Assembly (NCBI GenBank): GCA_017380615.1
Contig: JAFODQ010000041.1
Span: 3,600 to 67,599, forward strand
Direction: 5' to 3'
Source: Clostridia bacterium
Lineage (GTDB): Bacteria > Bacillota > Clostridia > Oscillospirales > Acutalibacteraceae
DNA length: 64,000 bases
The number at the start of each line of letters is the position of its first letter. The first letter of the stretch is position 1. A program made the translations under genes and the position numbers. The notes below the pieces were generated by a model. It had not been told where the DNA came from. It saw only the letters and a list, made by a program, of their open reading frames with translations, and did no database searches. Of the stretch, positions 57,199-64,000 are shown piece by piece.

Positions 57199-59649
57199 AT
57201 GGGTGACACCACATTTTTTGCATTAGTTGCTGTTGAAGGGCTTGTTTACCATTTCGATGCACCCTATTCCTATAAAATTCCCTTTGAGCTTGAAGAAAAG
57301 GCAAAGGCAGGGTGCAGGGTGATGGTGCCCTTCGGCAATGCCAATAAGAAAAAACAAGGACTTATACTGTCTGTAAAGCCTCTGCTTGAGGCCGATAACG
57401 CCATGAAGCTCAAGAATATATCATCGGTTCTTGATGATAAGCCGCTTTTTGATGAGGAAAGGCTTCAGCTCGTTACCTGGCTCAAGGAGAATACCTTCTG
57501 CACTCTTTTCGAGGCAGCAAAGGCAATGCTTCCTGCCGGTATAGGTCTGAACTACATTGTTTCTTATGTTGCAAAGTCTGTGGAAGACCAAGAGTTGGAT
57601 AAACTCAGCTTCGATGAGAAGAGGGTGTTCCAATACCTTAAAGATAAAGCAAAGCACATAAAAAAAGAAAAGATTCTTGAAGATTTGGGCTTTCCGTCAG
57701 ACTCGGATGTGTTGTCTGCTATGGAGAAAAAGGGGTATATACTCACAAATGTTGATGCAAAGCGCAAAACCGGTGATCTGACTGTTAAAAATATCCGTCT
57801 TGCAATTCCGGAGGACGAAGCGCTTGCAATTGCACCAAAGCTGACACCCAAGCAGAGAAGTGTTGTGAATCTTCTTGTGGATATAGGTGGAGCATCTGTT
57901 AAAGAGGTGTGTTATTTCTGTGGAATAACACCTGCTGTTGTCACGGGCCTTGAAAAGAAAAATCTTGTTCAGCTTTTCGATAGTGAGATTTACAGAAGAC
58001 CTCGTTACGAAACAAATGGTATAAAAGCATCATCTCCAAAGCTTACCGAGTCTCAGTCAGAGGCTTATAACAAGCTTCTTGGTGAATATAAGGCTCATTC
58101 TCCTGCAGCATATCTTTTATATGGTGTTACGGGTAGCGGTAAAACTCAAGTTTTTCTTAAGCTTATTGAGGATGTTGTTAATGATGGCAGAGATGTTATA
58201 GTAATGGTGCCCGAAATTGCACTCACTCCACAGACTCTAAGTATTTTCTATTCTCATTTTGGCGATAAAATAGCTGTTTTTCACAGTGCCCTTTCAGCAG
58301 GTGAGCGAATAGATGAGTGGAAAAGAGTCAAAAACGGAGAAGCAAAGATAGCCATAGGCACACGCTCTGCTGTTTTTGCACCGTTTTCTAATCTGGGTCT
58401 CATTGTAATGGATGAAGAGCAGGAGCATACCTATAAATCCGAAATGTCACCAAGATATCATGCAAGAGAGGTTGCAAAGTTCAGATGTGTGCACAATAAT
58501 GCGTTGCTTGTGCTTGCATCTGCAACACCATCTGTCGAAACTTACACAAATGCAATGAACGGCAAATATGGTATGGTGAAGCTTGAGAGCAGATACGGAA
58601 ATGCAGTTTTGCCAACAGTGGAAATTGTTGATATAACAGACACCAAAGGACCCGTAAGCAATGAGCTTTATGCAGCACTGGAGGAGTGCCTTGAAAATAA
58701 GCAACAGGCAATTCTTTTAATGAACAGGAGAGGCTTTAATACCTTTGCAACCTGCAAGGCGTGTAAGAGTGTTATAACCTGTCCGGCATGCAGTATATCA
58801 TTGACATATCATAATGCAAATAATCGTCTTATGTGTCATTATTGTGGTCACTCCCAGCCTTATACAGACACTTGTGACAAGTGTGGTGAAAGAGCAGTAT
58901 CTTATGCAGGTTATGGTACACAGCGCATTGAGGATGAGCTTTCGCGTATCTTTCCCAATGCCCGTGTTCTGCGAATGGATGCAGACACCACTATGGCGAG
59001 ATATGCCTATCAGGATAAACTCACAGCCTTCGCAAAAGGAGAATATGATATTCTTTTAGGAACACAGATGGTAGCAAAGGGACTTGATTTTCCCAATGTT
59101 ACTCTCGTGGGCATCATTTCGATTGACCATCAGCTCTATAATGATGATTTCAGAAGCAGTGAAAAAGCCTTCGACCTTCTTACTCAGGTTATAGGCAGAT
59201 CGGGCAGAGGTGACAGTAAGGGGACAGCGTTTATTCAGACAGTGCTTCCTGAAAATGATATTATTGAGCTTTCCTGCGCCCAGGATTATGAAAGCTTTTA
59301 TGAAATGGAAGCGGCTATACGCAAAACTATGGTTTATCCACCTTTTTGCGATATATGCTCGGTAACCTTCTCAAGTGAGCTGAGCGCAGCTTCATATAAA
59401 TCGGCTGTAAATTTTTTCGACCTGCTTAAATCAAAAATATCAACAGATTATGGTGATGTTAAGGTCAGGGTTATCGGACCGATTCAGCCGAGAATCAGCA
59501 AAATAAGTAATAAATACAGAAATATAATCACAATAAAATGCAAAAATAATAAGCGTTTCCGTCAGCTTATGGCAGAGCTTATTAAAGAATATATGAAAAA
59601 TCCTCGTACTAACAGTGCGAGCATAACAGTGGATATTAACCCACTCTAA
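57199..59649 (+). CDS. priA: Primosomal protein N' (replication restart helicase)
   Basis: Walker A GVTGSGKT, the DEEQE box, and a Cys-rich zinc-binding insert (CKAC..CPAC..CHYC..CDKC). Confidence 0.93.
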   Translation: MGDTTFFALVAVEGLVYHFDAPYSYKIPFELEEKAKAGCRVMVPFGNANKKKQGLILSVKPLLEADNAMKLKNISSVLDDKPLFDEERLQLVTWLKENTFCTLFEAAKAMLPAGIGLNYIVSYVAKSVEDQELDKLSFDEKRVFQYLKDKAKHIKKEKILEDLGFPSDSDVLSAMEKKGYILTNVDAKRKTGDLTVKNIRLAIPEDEALAIAPKLTPKQRSVVNLLVDIGGASVKEVCYFCGITPAVVTGLEKKNLVQLFDSEIYRRPRYETNGIKASSPKLTESQSEAYNKLLGEYKAHSPAAYLLYGVTGSGKTQVFLKLIEDVVNDGRDVIVMVPEIALTPQTLSIFYSHFGDKIAVFHSALSAGERIDEWKRVKNGEAKIAIGTRSAVFAPFSNLGLIVMDEEQEHTYKSEMSPRYHAREVAKFRCVHNNALLVLASATPSVETYTNAMNGKYGMVKLESRYGNAVLPTVEIVDITDTKGPVSNELYAALEECLENKQQAILLMNRRGFNTFATCKACKSVITCPACSISLTYHNANNRLMCHYCGHSQPYTDTCDKCGERAVSYAGYGTQRIEDELSRIFPNARVLRMDADTTMARYAYQDKLTAFAKGEYDILLGTQMVAKGLDFPNVTLVGIISIDHQLYNDDFRSSEKAFDLLTQVIGRSGRGDSKGTAFIQTVLPENDIIELSCAQDYESFYEMEAAIRKTMVYPPFCDICSVTFSSELSAASYKSAVNFFDLLKSKISTDYGDVKVRVIGPIQPRISKISNKYRNIITIKCKNNKRFRQLMAELIKEYMKNPRTNSASITVDINPL

Positions 59650-59658
59650 GGAGAAATT

Positions 59659-60141
59659 ATGGCATTAAGAAACATCAGAACAGAGGAAGATTCTGTTTTA
59701 AGAAAAACATCACGTCCGGTAACAGATTTCAATGAGCGTCTCTGGGACTTGCTTGATGATATGAAGGAGACGATGTATAAGTCAGGCGGCGTAGGTCTTG
59801 CAGCGCCCCAGGTAGGAATTCTCAGGCGCGTTGTTGTAATGGATGTCAGTGAAGACAGAAACGAATATATCGAGCTTATAAATCCCGAAATCACGGAAGT
59901 TGAAGGCTCACAGACAGGTGCAGAGGGATGTCTCTCACTTCCGGGGCTTTGTGGCGTTGTCACAAGACCAAATGTTGTTAAGGTCAAGGCACAGAATCGT
60001 GAAGGCAAATGGTGTCTTTACAAGGGCGAAGGTCTTAAGGCGCGTTGCTTCTGTCATGAGATAGATCACCTTGATGGCATTCTTTATAAAGATAAATTAG
60101 ATGAAGGCGAAACACTCTTCAGAGTGGATGCAGAGGAATAA
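59659..60141 (+). CDS. def: Peptide deformylase
   Basis: GVGLAAPQ, EGCLS and HEIDH motifs. Confidence 0.95.
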   Translation: MALRNIRTEEDSVLRKTSRPVTDFNERLWDLLDDMKETMYKSGGVGLAAPQVGILRRVVVMDVSEDRNEYIELINPEITEVEGSQTGAEGCLSLPGLCGVVTRPNVVKVKAQNREGKWCLYKGEGLKARCFCHEIDHLDGILYKDKLDEGETLFRVDAEE

Positions 60142-60142
60142 T

Positions 60143-61072
60143 ATGAAAATTGTTTATATGGGAACACCGGATTTTGCGGTGGCACCACTTAAGGCTTTAA
60201 TAGAAAATGGATATGATGTGGTTGGTGCTTTCACCCAACCCGATAAGCCCGTGGGAAGAAAAGCAGTTCTGACACCACCACCGGTAAAGGTGACTGCACT
60301 TGAAAATAACATCCCTGTTTTTCAGCCTGATACCCTGAAAAACGGTGAGGGCGTAAAGCTTCTTGAGGATTTAAAGCCGGATTTGTGTGTTGTTGTGGCA
60401 TACGGCAAAATTCTTCCTGAGGATTTTCTTGCATTTCCTAAATATGGCTGTATAAACATTCATGGCTCAATTCTCCCCGAGTACAGAGGTGCTGCACCTA
60501 TACAGCGAAGTGTTCTCGATGGCTGCGAGTTTGCAGGCGTAACTGCAATGCAGATGGATAAGGGCCTTGACACCGGCGATATGCTTCTTGTTGAAAAGAC
60601 AAGGATTCTTTCTGACGAAACCTCTGGTGATTTATATGAAAGACTTACTGTTATTGGTGCAGAGGTTCTCATAAAAACTCTTCATCTTGTGGAAAATGGT
60701 GAGCTTCAGCCCGTTAAGCAGGATGATTCACAAAGCACCTATGCTGCAATGCTTGATAAATCAATGTCACCGGTTGATTGGACAAAATCTGCACAGGAAA
60801 TTCACAATCAGATAAGGGGACTGGATCCTTGGCCCGTGGCACAAACAGTGCTCAACGGAAAGAATCTTAAGCTTTTCCGATCAAGTCTTGTCTCTGATAT
60901 AGGTGATGGTAAGCCGGGTGAAGCACTTCCACTGAAAAATGGTCTTGCAGTGTTCTGTGGCGACGGTAATGCTGTTTTAATCAACGAAGTTCAGTATGAA
61001 GGTAAAAAACGTATGAAATCTGCTGATTTCCTTCGGGGCTGTCCGATTGAAAAAGGTACCATTCTTGGTTAA
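60143..61072 (+). CDS. fmt: Methionyl-tRNA formyltransferase
   Basis: MKIVYMGTPDFA N-terminus and the HGSILPEYRGAAP motif. Confidence 0.95.
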   Translation: MKIVYMGTPDFAVAPLKALIENGYDVVGAFTQPDKPVGRKAVLTPPPVKVTALENNIPVFQPDTLKNGEGVKLLEDLKPDLCVVVAYGKILPEDFLAFPKYGCINIHGSILPEYRGAAPIQRSVLDGCEFAGVTAMQMDKGLDTGDMLLVEKTRILSDETSGDLYERLTVIGAEVLIKTLHLVENGELQPVKQDDSQSTYAAMLDKSMSPVDWTKSAQEIHNQIRGLDPWPVAQTVLNGKNLKLFRSSLVSDIGDGKPGEALPLKNGLAVFCGDGNAVLINEVQYEGKKRMKSADFLRGCPIEKGTILG

Positions 61073-61123
61073 CGGCGTTATTTTGGCATAAAATAATTAT
61101 AAAAATTCAAATGAGGTGTTATA

Positions 61124-61819
61124 ATGCCGTATTTCTATTTTGATTATTATTATCTTATTCTCGTTGTACCTGTTCTTATTGCATCAATGATAATTCAGGC
61201 AAAGCTCAAATCAACCTATTCAAGGTTTTCAGCGATAGGTAATATGAGAGGGATAACGGGCGCTCAGGCTGCTCACATTGTGCTCAACTATTATGGTGTA
61301 ACAGGTGTTCAGATTGTTCCGGGATCGGGCACTCTCACAGACCACTATGATCCAAGACGAAAGGTTATTGTTCTTTCTGAGGGTGTCTATAATGGCTCAT
61401 CGATTGCTGCTGTTGGTGTTGCTTGTCACGAGGCGGGTCACGCAGCACAGCACGCAGAAGGCTATCTTCCTATTAAAATCCGTAATACAATTCTTCCTGT
61501 TTGTAACATCGGTTCAACACTTTCTATGCCACTTCTTCTTGTTGGGTTGTTTATTGGATATACACCATTGGTGTGGATCGGTATAGGACTTTTTGGTTTT
61601 ACAGCGCTTTTTCAGTTTGCAACACTTCCTGTAGAATTTAATGCGAGCAACAGAGCTATCAATGTTATTGAGGCTAACGGAATATTAAGCTACGAAGAAG
61701 CAACAGGTGCTAAAAAAGTTCTCAAAGCAGCCGCACTGACATATGTTGCAGCACTTGCTGTTTCAGTTGCAAACCTTTTGAGACTTATATTCAGATTTGG
61801 TGGTAGAAGAAGACGATGA
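61124..61819 (+). CDS. Membrane zinc metallopeptidase (Zn_peptidase_2 type)
   Basis: HEAGHAAQH motif between TM segments. Confidence 0.78.
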   Translation: MPYFYFDYYYLILVVPVLIASMIIQAKLKSTYSRFSAIGNMRGITGAQAAHIVLNYYGVTGVQIVPGSGTLTDHYDPRRKVIVLSEGVYNGSSIAAVGVACHEAGHAAQHAEGYLPIKIRNTILPVCNIGSTLSMPLLLVGLFIGYTPLVWIGIGLFGFTALFQFATLPVEFNASNRAINVIEANGILSYEEATGAKKVLKAAALTYVAALAVSVANLLRLIFRFGGRRRR

Positions 61820-63129
61820 CAAAATCAGCAAGGCAGATAGCCTTTGAAATACTTCTCAAAATTGAAAAGGATAAGGCTTATTCTAACCTTGCAGTGGATA
61901 ATGCTGTTAAGGCTTCAGAGCTTAGCAGCACAGATACAGCTTTTGTTTCTCACCTTGTGTATGGTGTTGTTGAAAGAAAAATAACACTTGATTATGCCTT
62001 GTCAAAGCATCTTAATCAGCCTGTTGGTAAGCTCAAAGCAGAAGTGCTTGTGATTCTCAGAATGGGTGCCTATCAGCTGCTCTTCTCTGAGAAAATACCA
62101 GCATCTGCTGCTGTTAACGAAAGTGTAAAGCTTGCTAAAAACAATAAATCTGCCTATGCTTCGGGTATGGTGAATGCTGTTTTAAGAAAGATTACCGAAA
62201 AAGACCTGGAAACATCAGGTCTTTCAGAGTATGAAAAAATCTCTGTTGATTTTTCAATACCCGTGGAGCTTGTGAAATTTTTTATTTATCACTATGGTGC
62301 AGAAAACACTCGCGGCTTTCTCAGTAGTGCTCTTGAGACAAAGAGGGTTTACGCAAAAGTAAACACCACAAGAGCGACCACGGAAGATTTGATTGAAAAG
62401 CTTGGGAGCGAGGGTGTAACAGCTGAAAAAACAATTCTTCCCGATGCTCTTCTTCTGCACCTTAAGGGTGCTTTGTATGAGCTTGAGGCATACAAAAATG
62501 GTCTTTTTCACATTGAAGACATTTCGTCTCAATATTGTGTTAAGGCACTTGATGTGTTTGAAGGTGCAACAGTAATAGATGTCTGTTCTGCTCCGGGAGG
62601 TAAAAGCTTCAGTATAGCAGAGGAAATGAACAATAAGGGCACTGTTTATTCCTGCGATTTGTATGAGCAGAGAGTATCACTTATAAAATCGGGTGCCCAA
62701 AGGTTAGGGCTTTCTTGTATAAATGCCATAGTGAATGACGCTTCTGTTTTTAATGAACGCCTTCCGATGGCAGATCGGGTTTTGTGTGATGTTCCTTGCT
62801 CGGGTCTGGGAATTATTGGCAAAAAACCTGAAATCAAATATAAAAAGCTTGATGATATCAAGGAGCTTATTCCTGTTCAGAAGCAAATTCTTGACATATC
62901 GTCAAGGTATGTTAAAAGTGGTGGCAGGCTTGTTTATTCAACCTGCTCTGTTAACCCTAATGAAAACAGAAGGGTTTGTGATGAGTTTCTTAAAGCTCAC
63001 ACAGATTTTAAAAGCGTCAGGGTATTGCCTGATATCAAAAGAACAATTGATGAGGGCGATTATCTGACATTGATGATGCATACTAATAACTGTGATGGTT
63101 TTTTTATTGCAGTTTTTGAGAAAGAGTAA
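61816..63129 (+). CDS. rsmB: 16S rRNA (cytosine967-C5)-methyltransferase
   Basis: NusB-like N-terminus, SAM motif DVCSAPGGK, and catalytic DVPCSG and TCS. Confidence 0.9.
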   Translation: MTKSARQIAFEILLKIEKDKAYSNLAVDNAVKASELSSTDTAFVSHLVYGVVERKITLDYALSKHLNQPVGKLKAEVLVILRMGAYQLLFSEKIPASAAVNESVKLAKNNKSAYASGMVNAVLRKITEKDLETSGLSEYEKISVDFSIPVELVKFFIYHYGAENTRGFLSSALETKRVYAKVNTTRATTEDLIEKLGSEGVTAEKTILPDALLLHLKGALYELEAYKNGLFHIEDISSQYCVKALDVFEGATVIDVCSAPGGKSFSIAEEMNNKGTVYSCDLYEQRVSLIKSGAQRLGLSCINAIVNDASVFNERLPMADRVLCDVPCSGLGIIGKKPEIKYKKLDDIKELIPVQKQILDISSRYVKSGGRLVYSTCSVNPNENRRVCDEFLKAHTDFKSVRVLPDIKRTIDEGDYLTLMMHTNNCDGFFIAVFEKE

Positions 63130-63134
63130 GGTAT

Positions 63135-64000
63135 ATGAGTAGTAAGAAAGATATAGCGTCCTTGAATCTTTGTGAGCTTGAGGAAGAGTTAAGGTCTATG
63201 AATCTGCCGAAGTTCCGTGCAAAGCAGATTTATGACTGGATACATAAAAAGCTTGTAACAGATTTCTGTGAAATGACAAACATTTCCAAGGAGCTTATAG
63301 GTAGGCTTAATGAGTCATATGAGATACCGTCTTGTTCAATTGAAAGAAAGCTTGTTTCAAAGCTTGACGGTACAGTTAAATATCTTTTTCGCTTGCCGGA
63401 TGGTGAATATCTTGAGTGTGTTGTTATGGACTATAAATATGGTCACACAATCTGTGTATCCACCCAGGTTGGCTGCAAGATGGGCTGTGCCTTCTGTGCC
63501 TCGGGTATAGGGGGCTTTAAAAGACACCTTGCACCCTCGGAGATTCTCAGTCAGATATATACAGCTCAAAAGGACCTGGGTTTTCGTATATCCCGAATCG
63601 TTCTCATGGGGATGGGGGAGCCTCTTGATAATTACGATAATGTAATGAAATTTCTTGAGCTTGTCAGCGACGAGAACGGTCTGAATATCGGAATGAGACA
63701 TATTTCTCTTTCCACAAGTGGAATTGTTCCGAGAATTTATGATTTGCTGGAAAATGAGCCACAGCTTACCTTATCTGTGTCTCTTCATGCACCAAATAAT
63801 GAAATCAGGTCAAGGATAATGCCGGTTAATAAAAGCTGGGATGTTGGTGAGCTTCTTGAAGCCTGCAGAGTTTATGCTGATAAAACCTCAAGACGCATAT
63901 CCTTTGAATATGCAATGATGAAGGGTGTCAATGACACACCTGAATGTGCTAGAGAGCTTGCAACCCGTTTAAAAGGCATTCTGTGTCATGTGAATCTTAT
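63135..64000 (+). CDS. rlmN: 23S rRNA (adenine2503-C2)-methyltransferase RlmN; 3' end lies outside the window
   Basis: My own translation from the ATG at 63135 gives [19 protein letters not shown]...[10 protein letters not shown] and the radical-SAM cluster [12 protein letters not shown]. The frame stays open to the window end. Confidence 0.88.
   Translation, partial: MSSKKDIASLNLCELEEELRSMNLPKFRAKQIYDWIHKKLVTDFCEMTNISKELIGRLNESYEIPSCSIERKLVSKLDGTVKYLFRLPDGEYLECVVMDYKYGHTICVSTQVGCKMGCAFCASGIGGFKRHLAPSEILSQIYTAQKDLGFRISRIVLMGMGEPLDNYDNVMKFLELVSDENGLNIGMRHISLSTSGIVPRIYDLLENEPQLTLSVSLHAPNNEIRSRIMPVNKSWDVGELLEACRVYADKTSRRISFEYAMMKGVNDTPECARELATRLKGILCHVNL

Overview
This 64-kb window looks like a chromosomal segment of a low-GC, anaerobic, spore-forming Firmicute of the Clostridia type. 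That placement rests on spmA/spmB, spoVAC, ytfJ/gerW, the [FeFe]-hydrogenase maturases hydEFG and rubrerythrin. Coding is dense, with about 70 CDS, and nearly all of it is housekeeping. The left third carries carbohydrate-utilisation genes (GPH symporter fragment, GH2, GH13, GH36), an APC permease, metK, radC, a type IIA topoisomerase B/A pair and secG. The middle carries prfA, a Sua5-CoaE fusion, an M18 aminopeptidase, plsC, the TM1266-type regulator with hydE/G/F, two FAD oxidoreductases, ispF, a DUF3343 plus SufS-like pair, and cdaA-cdaR. The right third is a long co-directional conserved block: a two-component system, DUF1385-prmC, scpAB, ytfJ, dac, rluB, yicC-remA-gmk-rpoZ-priA-def-fmt, a Zn-peptidase, rsmB and rlmN. 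There are three tRNAs: Arg-CCG, Lys-UUU and Leu-UAA. I found no CRISPR array, rRNA, transposase, integrase, prophage or recognisable defence operon, and no convincing novel multi-protein system. The signals not explained by ordinary annotation are non-coding or small, and cluster next to two tRNA genes. (1) Two near-identical tandem 153-bp units each end in the last 22 nt of the adjacent tRNA-Leu. (2) An array of about 175 bp holds eight GAT-GAA/TTC-ATC 9-mers, four in each orientation, separated by short hairpins of differing sequence; it lies between the tRNA-Arg terminator and the promoter of a four-helix-bundle (Avd/23S-IVS family) gene. (3) The small gene translationally coupled to that four-helix-bundle gene is split at an in-phase U UUU UUA heptamer, and a clean 61-codon continuation lies in the -1 frame. 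Lesser oddities are an orphan MazF toxin, the Sua5-CoaE fusion, and a long imperfect inverted repeat with a duplicated terminator half-site. All product calls come from reading motifs in the supplied translations; no database search was run.
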